Positions 12,953 to 23,463 of a stretch of 32,000 nucleotides of DNA are shown in pieces. The stretch covers positions 3,150,001 to 3,182,000 of the forward strand of contig NC_009483.1 in the NCBI RefSeq assembly GCF_000016745.1, read 5' to 3'. The position numbers and the translations under genes are program-made. The notes below the pieces were generated by a model that was given only the letters and a program-made list of their open reading frames with translations, was not told the origin of the DNA and searched no databases. How positions within the stretch are numbered: position 1 is the stretch's first letter; the number at the start of each line of letters is the position of its first letter. Origin of the DNA: Geotalea uraniireducens Rf4 (GTDB lineage: Bacteria > Desulfobacterota > Desulfuromonadia > Geobacterales > Geobacteraceae).

Positions 12953-14116
12953 ATGGCCGAGATGACCGACAACACAGCAACTGCAAGCTTTTCTACCCTC
13001 GACGAGGGACCAATCCCGGAGGAACTCGCAGCCGCCCATAAGAAGATCGCCCTCGACACCATCATCCCGGTCATGATCGAGGCGATGCCGGATTACGTGC
13101 TGGTCCTCAACCGGCAGCGCCGGGTGCTGGCGGTCAACAGCCGCCTGCTGAAAGCCTTCGGCATAGCGGATGCCCGGATACTGATCGGGTTGCGGCCCGG
13201 CGAGGTCATGCACTGTATTCATGCCGATGAAAGCCCGGACGGCTGCGGCAGCGGCAAGCATTGCCGAAAATGCGCGGCGGTGATGGCCATTGTCGAAACC
13301 GAGCTGACCCATGGCCAGGTAACCAAAGAGTATCGAATCACCGTCGACAAGGGAGAATGGGGCGCACTCGACCTGGAGGTGTTGGTGACGCCGCTGGAAA
13401 TTGCCGACATGCAGCTGAATCTGTTCGTCATGCGTGATATCAGCGCGGAAAAGCGGCGGAAAGTTTTGGAGCAGGTATTCTTTCACGACGTGATCAATAC
13501 TGCCGGAGGCATACATGGACTGGCCGAGACGCTGGCTGAGGAAAACGCGCTCGATGCGGATGAGGAAAGGCACTACAAGCAGTGGATGGTTACCCTTTCA
13601 GGCAAGCTGGTTGACGAGATTCTCTATCAGCGGAACTTGCTGGCGGCGGAAAAAGGGGAATTCAAACCGAACCTGGGGATTGTCGAGGTGGGAGAGCTTT
13701 TGCGCGAAGAGCATGCGCTCTACGCCAAGCATGGGGTAGCTGCAGACAGAAACCTGGTCCTCGGCCCGGTAACCGAGTGCAAGATCATCAGTGATGGGGC
13801 AATCCTGCGGAAGATCCTCGGCAATCTCGTCAAAAACGCACTGGAAGCCACGCAAAAGGGGGGAACGGTGACTCTGTCCTGCGTTGAGGACGATGAATGG
13901 CTCACCTTCCACGTCAATAACCCCGGCGTGATGCCGGAGGATGTGCAGCTCCAGCTCTTCCAGCGTTCGTTCAGCACCAAGGCAGCCGAAGGGAGAGGCA
14001 TCGGCACTTACAGCGTCAAGCTGTTCGGCGAGCGCTACCTGAAAGGAAAGGTGGCCTTCACGAGCCAAGAGCCCGATGGGACCACCTTCACTTTTTCCAT
14101 GCCCAAGAGTACATAA
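12953..14116 (+). CDS. Cytoplasmic sensor histidine kinase with an N-terminal PAS-like/4-Cys sensor region
   Basis: H-box FFHDVINTAGG. ATP-binding motifs ILGNLVKNALEA, NPGVMPE and GRGIGTYSVKLF. No TM helix. Cys motif C-x9-C-x5-C-x2-C at residues 88-107. Confidence 0.85.
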   Translation: MAEMTDNTATASFSTLDEGPIPEELAAAHKKIALDTIIPVMIEAMPDYVLVLNRQRRVLAVNSRLLKAFGIADARILIGLRPGEVMHCIHADESPDGCGSGKHCRKCAAVMAIVETELTHGQVTKEYRITVDKGEWGALDLEVLVTPLEIADMQLNLFVMRDISAEKRRKVLEQVFFHDVINTAGGIHGLAETLAEENALDADEERHYKQWMVTLSGKLVDEILYQRNLLAAEKGEFKPNLGIVEVGELLREEHALYAKHGVAADRNLVLGPVTECKIISDGAILRKILGNLVKNALEATQKGGTVTLSCVEDDEWLTFHVNNPGVMPEDVQLQLFQRSFSTKAAEGRGIGTYSVKLFGERYLKGKVAFTSQEPDGTTFTFSMPKST

Positions 14117-14121
14117 AAAAA

Positions 14122-14140
14122 GGGCGCTGCACCAGCGCCC
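14122..14140. terminator. Bidirectional intrinsic terminator between the convergent HK and pdxJ genes
   Basis: GGGCGCTG-CAC-CAGCGCCC stem-loop, flanked by an A7 run upstream and an A/T-rich stretch (TCGAAATTT) downstream. Confidence 0.7.
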
Positions 14141-14149
14141 TCGAAATTT

Positions 14150-14241
14150 ACCATCAACCATCAACCATCAACCATCAACCATCAACCATCAACCGCCGAC
14201 CGCCTTTACCACCGACCGCCGACCATCGACCACCGACCGCC
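14150..14241. repeat. Heptanucleotide microsatellite: 6 perfect CCATCAA units followed by diverged CCGCCGA/CCATCGA/CCACCGA units
   Basis: Perfect units at 14151, 14158, 14165, 14172, 14179 and 14186. Degenerate units continue to about 14241. The region is intergenic. Confidence 0.8.
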
Positions 14242-14244
14242 TTT

Positions 14245-14964
14245 TCAAGCGTACTTCACCAGATCCACCATATCCCGCACCGCCCTATCCAACCCAACCA
14301 GCACCGCCTTGGAAATGATGGAGTGGCCGATGTTGTACTCCTCGATGCCGCCTAAGGCCGCGACCTTCCTGATGTTGGCGTAGTTCAGCCCGTGACCGGC
14401 ATTTATCCCCATGCCGAGCTTTCCGGCGAGCTTTATGGCGTTTTCGATCTTTGCCAGCTCCGCCTGTTCGCTCTTCCAGTCACGCGCTTCGGCGAAGGCG
14501 CCGGTATGGATCTCGATGTAGTCTGCACCCGTCTTGTCGGCCGCCTTGATCTGGTCGGGATCGGGATCGATGAAGAGGCTGACGATCAGGCCGCCGTCCT
14601 GCAGCCGCTGCACCGCTTCTTTTATGCTTTCCAGGTTGAGCCGCACGTCGAGTCCCCCCTCGGTGGTCAGCTCCTGCCGCTTCTCCGGCACCAACGTGCA
14701 CATGTCGGGCTTGACGGATATGGCGATGTTGACCATCTCGTCGGTGGCGGCCATCTCCAGGTTGAGTCTCGTCTTCACGGTCTGGCGCAGAAGCTTCAGA
14801 TCGCGGTCCTGGATATGCCTGCGGTCTTCACGCAGATGGATGGTGATGCCGTCGGCGCCGGCCAGCTCGGCTATGGCGGCCGCTGCTACCGGGTCGGGCT
14901 CGACGCCCCCCCTCGCCTGGCGGATGGTGGCGACGTGATCGATATTGACCCCCAGTTTAGCCAT
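14245..14964 (-). CDS. pdxJ: Pyridoxine 5'-phosphate synthase
   Basis: [25 protein letters not shown]......[20 protein letters not shown]. The ATG at 14964 with GGAGGA upstream is preferred to the ORF-track start at 15048. It overlaps the glmM 3' end by 8 nt. Confidence 0.93.
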   Translation of the reverse strand: MAKLGVNIDHVATIRQARGGVEPDPVAAAAIAELAGADGITIHLREDRRHIQDRDLKLLRQTVKTRLNLEMAATDEMVNIAISVKPDMCTLVPEKRQELTTEGGLDVRLNLESIKEAVQRLQDGGLIVSLFIDPDPDQIKAADKTGADYIEIHTGAFAEARDWKSEQAELAKIENAIKLAGKLGMGINAGHGLNYANIRKVAALGGIEEYNIGHSIISKAVLVGLDRAVRDMVDLVKYA

Positions 14965-16321
14965 GTTCGCTTCCTCCGATGTTTTTCTCGACCAGCTCGG
15001 CAATCTCCTTGGCCCAGCCGGTAATCTGGTACTTGTCCTGACCTTCAAGCATGACGCGCAGGAGCGGCTCAGTGCCGGAGTAACGGATCAGGATACGCCC
15101 TTCGTCCTTCACCTTCGCTTCGATGTCTCCTATCAGACCCGCCACTTCCGGGATGGTCATGACGTCTCTCTTCTCGGTTACGCGGACGTTGACGAGCACC
15201 TGGGGGAGCGGAATCATGACCTCGGCCAGCTCGGAAAGGCGCTTGTTATGACGCTGCATGACGGCCAGCACCTGGAGGGCCGAAAGCACCCCGTCACCCG
15301 TGGTATTGTGGTCGAGGAAGATCATGTGGCCGGACTGCTCGCCACCCAGGTTGTATCCACCCTTCTGCATCTCTTCCACCACGTAGCGGTCGCCGACAGC
15401 GGTTTTTATCACCCTGCCCCCCGCTTTTTTTACGGCGATATCGAGCCCCATGTTGCTCATCACCGTGGCAACGAGGGTGTTCTCGCGCAGCTTGTTCTGC
15501 TTCAGCATGTCGGTGGCGCAGATGGCCATGATATGGTCGCCGTCCACCTCGTGGCCGAACTCGTCGACAAAGATCACCCGGTCGGCGTCGCCGTCCAGGG
15601 CTATCCCCAGGTCGGCCCGGTGCTCCTTGACCGCCTCGCTGATAATATTCGGATACAGGGAGCCGCAGCCGGCATTGATGTTGGTGCCGTTCGGCTTCAC
15701 GCCGATGGCGATGACCTCCGCCCCAAGCTCCTCAAGCACTGCCGGGGCAACCTTGTAGGCGGCGCCGTTGGCGCAGTCCAGAACAATCTTGAGCCCGGAC
15801 AGATCCAGGTCTTTGGGAAACGTGCTCTTCAGAAAGACGACGAATCTACCGACGGCGTCGTCGATCCGGTAGGCCTTACCCACTTCGGTGGCAATGGGGC
15901 GGAGGGAATCGATCTTGCCGGAAAAAATCAGCTCTTCGATGCGCAGTTCCATCTCGTCGGGAAGCTTGAAGCCGTCGCGGGAAAAGAACTTGATGCCGTT
16001 ATCCTGAAAAGGGTTATGGGAAGCGGAGATGACCACCCCTGCGTCCGCGCGCATGGATGAGGTGATGTTGGCGATCCCCGGGGTCGGCAGCGGTCCCACC
16101 TGGAGCACGTCAACACCCATGGAGCAGATGCCGGCGACGAGGGCGTTTTCTATCATATAACCGGAAAGACGGGTGTCCTTGCCGATGACGATCCGGTGCC
16201 TGCGCTTGCCGTTCCTGAATATATAGGCGGCAGCCCGCCCTATCTGCATGGCCATCTCCGTGGTCATGGGATAAACGTTGGCCACCCCCCTGACGCCGTC
16301 GGTACCGAACAGTTTTTTCAT
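14957..16321 (-). CDS. glmM: Phosphoglucosamine mutase
   Basis: [15 protein letters not shown] and the active-site serine loop [19 protein letters not shown]. Length 454 aa. Confidence 0.95.
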   Translation of the reverse strand: MKKLFGTDGVRGVANVYPMTTEMAMQIGRAAAYIFRNGKRRHRIVIGKDTRLSGYMIENALVAGICSMGVDVLQVGPLPTPGIANITSSMRADAGVVISASHNPFQDNGIKFFSRDGFKLPDEMELRIEELIFSGKIDSLRPIATEVGKAYRIDDAVGRFVVFLKSTFPKDLDLSGLKIVLDCANGAAYKVAPAVLEELGAEVIAIGVKPNGTNINAGCGSLYPNIISEAVKEHRADLGIALDGDADRVIFVDEFGHEVDGDHIMAICATDMLKQNKLRENTLVATVMSNMGLDIAVKKAGGRVIKTAVGDRYVVEEMQKGGYNLGGEQSGHMIFLDHNTTGDGVLSALQVLAVMQRHNKRLSELAEVMIPLPQVLVNVRVTEKRDVMTIPEVAGLIGDIEAKVKDEGRILIRYSGTEPLLRVMLEGQDKYQITGWAKEIAELVEKNIGGSEHG

Positions 16322-16359
16322 TTTTGCACCTCCTGACCGGATGATCCGGCAATGCGTTT

Positions 16360-16758
16360 TTATTTGCCCTGTGGTCTTCCAGCCGCTGCCGTTTTCACCT
16401 CGACAATCGCCGGAGAGAGCCCCGTTACCCGCAGTTCACGATCAAGCCTGACAAACCTTTCCAGCCCGCCGAAAACGGTGCTCCCTTCCCTGGCGCTGCG
16501 CAGATCGAGCGTAATTTTCATTCGCTCCCTCTTGAGCTTGAGAAGGAGGATGCGCGGTCCGGCCACAGTCACCTCGACCTGGGCGGGAGGGTGATTGACG
16601 ATGGCGAGATCCGTCGACAGGTTTCCATACTCCAGAGGAACGTTCAGCACAATCTGCCCATCCCTCTCCCCCGCGGTAAACAACCAGAGGAGCACTGCCA
16701 CCAGAAGCGACAGCACCATGAGCCACTTTTCCTTCTCCAGGTTCTCGCGTATGCTCAT
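16360..16758 (-). CDS. YbbR-domain protein (CdaR-like regulator of diadenylate cyclase), short single-domain form
   Basis: Position between cdaA and glmM. N-terminal TM helix ([16 protein letters not shown]) followed by a beta-rich YbbR-like segment. ATGA overlap with the cdaA stop when the ATG at 16758 is used. Confidence 0.7.
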   Translation of the reverse strand: MSIRENLEKEKWLMVLSLLVAVLLWLFTAGERDGQIVLNVPLEYGNLSTDLAIVNHPPAQVEVTVAGPRILLLKLKRERMKITLDLRSAREGSTVFGGLERFVRLDRELRVTGLSPAIVEVKTAAAGRPQGK

Positions 16759-17522
16759 GACAACCACCTGGCTTCGATAAGACGCTTCAAAACCTTGCGC
16801 AGGGTGGATGATTCAAGATCGTTGGTTTTTCGTCCGCCAAGCACGACCGATATGGCGCCTGTTTCTTCGGAAACTACGATGACCACTGCATCCACCAGCT
16901 CCGTCAACCCCAAGGCGGCCCTGTGCCGTGTGCCGAGGGCCTTGCTGATTTCCGGGTTCTGGGTCAGGGGGAGAAAGCAACCGGCCCGCGTCAGTTTTCC
17001 CTTCTGAATGATTACCGCCCCGTCGTGGATCGGCGAATACGGGAGAAATATTGAAGATATGAGCTCGCTGGTGACCTTGGCGTCAATATCGGTTCCCACC
17101 GCTATGAAACTGTCGACGGACATCCCCCGTTCAATGACGATAAGGGCGCCGATCCGCTTGCTTGCCAGCGTCTCCGCAGCAGTGGCAAGCTCCTCGATAA
17201 TCGACTCGGCCTCTCCTGTTTCCCGTTGTTTACCGTGGCGGACCCGGTTCAGGGTCGCAAATGCCCGACGGATATCGGTCTGGAAAATGATGACGAGAAC
17301 GATGCATGAGGAACTAAGTACGCTGTTTGAGATCAGACGCAGGGTTTGCAGGCCTGCAAGACGGGAAAACATGGAGCAGAGAAGCAACGAGGCGAGCACA
17401 AGCAGGATTCGAACCGCCAACGCTCCCTTTATGAGCAGGCTGAGTCGATAGATGATGACGGCTGCCAGTGCTATATCGAACAAATCCAGCAACAGGCCGT
17501 AATTTTGCGGAAAGTCTGTCAT
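16755..17522 (-). CDS. cdaA: Diadenylate cyclase CdaA (DisA_N/DAC domain, membrane anchored)
   Basis: Three N-terminal TM helices, then GALIVIER...SPIHDGAVII...GTRHRAALGLTE..DAVVIVVSEETGAISVV. The internal ATG at 17522 is preferred over 17582. Confidence 0.88.
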   Translation of the reverse strand: MTDFPQNYGLLLDLFDIALAAVIIYRLSLLIKGALAVRILLVLASLLLCSMFSRLAGLQTLRLISNSVLSSSCIVLVIIFQTDIRRAFATLNRVRHGKQRETGEAESIIEELATAAETLASKRIGALIVIERGMSVDSFIAVGTDIDAKVTSELISSIFLPYSPIHDGAVIIQKGKLTRAGCFLPLTQNPEISKALGTRHRAALGLTELVDAVVIVVSEETGAISVVLGGRKTNDLESSTLRKVLKRLIEARWLS

Positions 17523-17600
17523 GATTATCGTGTGAGGGGTTACCGGTCCTGCCGCCGGCGGTAGCTCCGCTGAACAGTTCATTTCCCATGATCAAATCGA

Positions 17601-18454
17601 TCAGGCTCCAGGCCTGCTGAGTGCCCTCGCCATGTCTGCGACATCACGCATTTCTTTTACATCATGCACCCGGAAAATTGAAGCGCCGTTGACAAGCGCA
17701 ACGGCAACTACGGCTGCCGTACCGTAAAGCCTGTCATCCGACTCTCGTCCAAGGACCTTGCCGATGAAGGACTTTCGTGACGGTCCCACAAGAACCGGGC
17801 GGCCCAGCTCTGCGAACTCCGCCAGTCGCCGCACAATCTCCAGATTACCAGACACGCTCTTGCCGAAGCCGATACCGGGATCGACGGCGATCCGGTCGGC
17901 GGCTATCCCTGCCGATGCTGCCAGAGCCAGGGAACCTCGCAAGGATGCGGTAATTTCGGCAATTATATCGCCATAAGCCGTATTGGCCTGCATCTCCAGG
18001 GGATTGCCGCGGGTATGCATCACTACCAGACCGGAACCGGCGACTGCGACCACCTCCGCCATCCGGATGTCGAAGGAAAGGCCGCTGATGTCGTTGACGA
18101 TCTCTGCACCCGCAGCAAGAGCGGCCCCGGCTACGGATGCCTTGTACGTATCGATGGAAATGGGAATTTTCAGCCGTCCGGCAAGGCCCTCGATGACGGG
18201 TATCACCCGCCTGAGTTCCTCTTGTTCGTCAACCGGCGCAGCGTTTGGACGGGTACTCTCGCCGCCGATGTCGATAATGTCAGCCCCTTCGGCCTCCATC
18301 TCCAGAGCACGGTCTACGGCCTTTTCACGGCTGAAAAAACTGTTGCCGTCGGAAAATGAATCTGGGGTGACATTGAGTATCCCCATGATGCACGGACGCC
18401 GGGACAAATCGAGGCTGCGACGGCCAATCGCCCAGGTTTCGGGGAAACGTACCA

Positions 18455-18455
<1 letters not shown>
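17601..18455 (-). CDS. folP: Dihydropteroate synthase
   Basis: IMGILNVTPDSFSDG, DIGGESTRP and the overall pterin-binding domain pattern. The start shares 1 nt with the ftsH stop (TAATG). Confidence 0.93.
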
Positions 18456-20308
<1,853 letters not shown>

Positions 20309-20418
20309 GTTTACCCCCGTTTTGATTAACCCGGCGTTGCCGGGCTGCCTCTAAAGAGCGATTTTGTGGTGGTTTAAAGCTGAAAAGTTACCATAAAGGC
20401 CACTTCTTGACAAGTGCT

Positions 20419-21798
20419 TTAAGGAGTGAAATCAAGAATTTCTGCCCTCAGCACCAACTTTGTGGAAGCCGTTACCCTCCCCGCAGTCGCCGGCATGACC
20501 CCGCCTACCCAGAAAAGTGTTTCACCCGAGAAGAGAAGCGGAATGCGACGGCGAAACGGAAGCGGGATTTTCTTGTCGATAAATAGTTTTTTCACCTTTT
20601 TCGACCTGGCCATGCCGAGGGGAGAGAAAACATCCCCGTCGATGAAGGTCCGCACCAGCCAGGGGAATGGCGCTCCATCCCCATCAAAATATGCAACCGT
20701 GGCCGGCACCCCATCCCAGCTCTCCGGGACCGCCGCGACTTCGACAGTCAGAAGTCCGCCGCCGGGGATTGGGTAGCTACCGGGGCCTTCTATGAAAAAT
20801 TCGTAGGGAACGGACGATGCATCGCCATGTTTCTGAAATGTCAGTTCTCCGTAACACCGTTTCACCGTGAACCCTTCAGGCAGAACCAGCCTGGAATTCG
20901 GGCTTGCGGACAATAATAGGGAGTCGATATCGTTGAGGTGCCTGGCGCTGATTTGCGTCAAATCACCTTTCACCTGCAAAACCGCCCGACGGTAAAGACG
21001 CAGGCGCAACCCCCGCAACTCCGTTGCGATACCGGCAACGACAAACTTTACCCGGCCGGCTTCTACAGTCCCAAAGCGGTTGAACGCCTCAGTGGTGACC
21101 TTATCCAGTATTTCCTCATCCTCGGAGAGCGCCGCAGCGGTCGTAACCAGCCTGTCGGTTATAGCCGGGTTATAGCTTTTCAGAAACGGAATCAGTTCAT
21201 GCCGGACGCGATTACGGAGAAAGTTGACATCCGCATTGCTGCTGTCGGTACGGAACACGAGCCCCCTTTCGCGCAGGTAAGCCTCGATCTCAAAACGGGT
21301 AACGGAGAGAAGGGGCCGGACATACATGCCTGCGGATTTTGCCGCCATGGCACACAATCCGCTGCCCCCCGCTCCGCGTAGAAGGCGCATCAGCACGGTT
21401 TCAGCCTGATCGTCCGCATGATGGGCCAATACCACGGCCCGTGCCTTGCAACTGGCAGCTATCTCGGAAAAAAACCGGTAACGGGCAGCCCTTCCCGCCT
21501 CCTCGAGGGAAAGCTTTTCCCGCTTGCTCAGATCCTGTACATCAACGGCCTGCGTGACAAATGTAACGCCGTATTTCCCGGCAAGCTCACGGACAAAGGC
21601 TTCATCCGCATCCGATTCTGCGCCGCGCAGACAATGATTGAGATGGACGACAATAAGTCGGAGTCTCAGCGAGCTGAAACCGGCCAGAACATCCAGCAAC
21701 GCAACAGAATCGGCCCCGCCTGAAACCGCCACAACCACCGTGTCTCCAGGGGAGAAGAGGTCGTGTTCTTCAATAAATCCAGCAACCTTTTTCAGCAC
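20419..21798 (-). CDS. tilS: tRNA(Ile)-lysidine synthetase
   Basis: PP-loop VAVSGGADSVALL plus the typical upstream-of-ftsH position. Length 459 aa. Confidence 0.92.
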   Translation of the reverse strand: MLKKVAGFIEEHDLFSPGDTVVVAVSGGADSVALLDVLAGFSSLRLRLIVVHLNHCLRGAESDADEAFVRELAGKYGVTFVTQAVDVQDLSKREKLSLEEAGRAARYRFFSEIAASCKARAVVLAHHADDQAETVLMRLLRGAGGSGLCAMAAKSAGMYVRPLLSVTRFEIEAYLRERGLVFRTDSSNADVNFLRNRVRHELIPFLKSYNPAITDRLVTTAAALSEDEEILDKVTTEAFNRFGTVEAGRVKFVVAGIATELRGLRLRLYRRAVLQVKGDLTQISARHLNDIDSLLLSASPNSRLVLPEGFTVKRCYGELTFQKHGDASSVPYEFFIEGPGSYPIPGGGLLTVEVAAVPESWDGVPATVAYFDGDGAPFPWLVRTFIDGDVFSPLGMARSKKVKKLFIDKKIPLPFRRRIPLLFSGETLFWVGGVMPATAGRVTASTKLVLRAEILDFTP

Positions 21799-21857
21799 AA
21801 TAACTCCATACGTCCGAATTACATGAGATAATACCGTATTTTCTCATAGCTCGGATA

Positions 21858-21890
21858 CAAAAACACCCCTCAAATTGAGGGGTGTTTTTG
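21858..21890. terminator. Bidirectional intrinsic terminator at the housekeeping/defence-island junction
   Basis: CAAAAACACCCCTC-AAATT-GAGGGGTGTTTTTG, with A/T runs on both sides. Confidence 0.75.
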
Positions 21891-22018
21891 TAATCGGTAT
21901 TTTCTCAATGTGATTTTCCCGACATGCCACCAAATGCACCCCCATAAATTGGAGGCTGCCCTCTTCTTCTGAGTGAATATATTTAATATAGCATATTACA
22001 CGGACGGCAGTCAAAAAC

Positions 22019-22528
22019 CTATTTTTTCTTACCCGGCACAAAAGGAATCAGCCCTCGCTGGAATGCCTCTTCCTGAAGCTCCAGCGGCGCAGTGCGGATA
22101 TCCACGGCAAATCCGTTCACGTTGAGCATCCAGACCAGCGGGTTGCCCTCCAGCTTGCTTGGCAAGGTCCAGCGTGGATCGAGATAGCTGATGCCCATCA
22201 TCTGTTCGATGCTCCGCGCCTTTGTGGTTGCGGTACTCTTTCCGATTCCGAACAGTTCGCACAGCCTGCCCAGCGGCAAATGCGGCGTCTGGCTCTTGTC
22301 GTGGAGAAAGTTGGCGCTGCCGATAACATAGACACAGGCGCAGGCCCACTGCTCCGGTTTGCCTTTCGCCAGCGGCGAGGGGCGTTTGCGGCAGAGAGCC
22401 GCTGCCAGTTCTTGTGAGACGTGGGAGTACTCCTCGTTCAGATGTTTTTGGCAGAATTCGTCGATGATCCCGGCAACGGTGTCGAATACCGACTGCATGG
22501 CTTTGGGGACTTTCAGTTTGTCGGTCAT
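22019..22528 (-). CDS. Hypothetical protein, DUF6398-like, translationally coupled to the Fic gene
   Basis: Its start is 1 nt after the Fic stop. The motif KPEQWACACVYVIGSANFLHDKSQTPHL....LCELFGIGKSTATTKARSI resembles my recollection of the DUF6398 family; this is not verifiable here. Confidence 0.55.
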   Translation of the reverse strand: MTDKLKVPKAMQSVFDTVAGIIDEFCQKHLNEEYSHVSQELAAALCRKRPSPLAKGKPEQWACACVYVIGSANFLHDKSQTPHLPLGRLCELFGIGKSTATTKARSIEQMMGISYLDPRWTLPSKLEGNPLVWMLNVNGFAVDIRTAPLELQEEAFQRGLIPFVPGKKK

Positions 22529-22529
22529 T

Positions 22530-23285
22530 TTATTTCCTCTCCAGGCTCAGCAGCAGCCGCAGGTAGTCCCGCTGGCTTTCCCAGACCATGCTGGAAAACA
22601 GCTTCACGAAGGGCGCGACATTGCCGGTATTGCTCTCCCTGACCGCCGCCAGATACTCACTGCGGAGCACCGGCGGGATAATGGTCACCGGGTAGCCTTC
22701 CTGGAGCAGGGCAAGGTTCATCAGCAGCCGGGCGGCCCTGCCGTTTCCGTCCACGAAGGGGTGGATGGTGACCAGTCGGACGTGCAAGAGCGCCGCGAAC
22801 TCGATGGGGTGTTTCTCAGCCCGGAGGCGGGGAATCTCATCGGCAAAGGCGGCCATTAGCCCCTTCAGTTCGCTCGGAGCGGGAAAAACGAAGTCGGTCC
22901 CGGTGACGACGATGTTCTGCTTGCGGTAGTGACCGGCGTTGGCCTCGTCGATACGGTAGTAGAAGAGCCTGTGCAGCTTCAGGATGTCCCGCTCGGTGAT
23001 TTCCGTGCGGCGTGCGAGCTTTTGCAGATAGTCGAAGGCCTCGGCGTGGCCGATGGCCTCAAAGTGGTCCTTGAGCGGCTTGCCGCCAATGGTGATGCCG
23101 TCCTCGATCACCACCTTAGTCTCGGTCTCGGTCAGGCTGTTTCCTTCCAGGGCGTTGCTCGCCCAGGTCAGGCCGATGCGGAAGTATTCCCGCAACTGTT
23201 TGAGCGCCTGTCCCTTCAAGGGGCGATGCTGGCTGATCTCTTCCTGGAGTTTTTCGGCTTCCGTGATTCTGTTGGTGAATGTCAT
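22530..23285 (-). CDS. Fic/Fido-domain protein (class II, N-terminal inhibitory helix)
   Basis: Catalytic motif HPFVDGNGRAARLL (HxFx[D/E]GNGRxxR). N-terminal SNALEG matches the (S/T)xxxE(G/N) auto-inhibition motif. RBS AAGGAG upstream. Confidence 0.9.
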   Translation of the reverse strand: MTFTNRITEAEKLQEEISQHRPLKGQALKQLREYFRIGLTWASNALEGNSLTETETKVVIEDGITIGGKPLKDHFEAIGHAEAFDYLQKLARRTEITERDILKLHRLFYYRIDEANAGHYRKQNIVVTGTDFVFPAPSELKGLMAAFADEIPRLRAEKHPIEFAALLHVRLVTIHPFVDGNGRAARLLMNLALLQEGYPVTIIPPVLRSEYLAAVRESNTGNVAPFVKLFSSMVWESQRDYLRLLLSLERK

Positions 23286-23463
23286 GGCGTACCTTTATCT
23301 CCTTCTTCGTCAGCCCGTACTTATCCATGAACCAACAGGTTTTGTACAACTGAAATTACCGGAGAGTTGTCATGTGTCGGGGGCTGCTCTACTCGTAACA
23401 ATTGGATTTTATTCAGCAACGAAGTTATGAGCGCTCATATCCCGTTCATAACGCGCAAAAAGT

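Noticed and set aside
21799-22018. I searched the island junction and other intergenic gaps (11901-12266, 20309-20418) for a tRNA/tmRNA integration target or an integrase. I also considered ORF 21844-22041(-).
   Set aside because: I could find no cloverleaf-compatible sequence or T-loop GTTCRANYC motif by eye. The 65-aa ORF spans the terminator hairpin, has no RBS and looks spurious.
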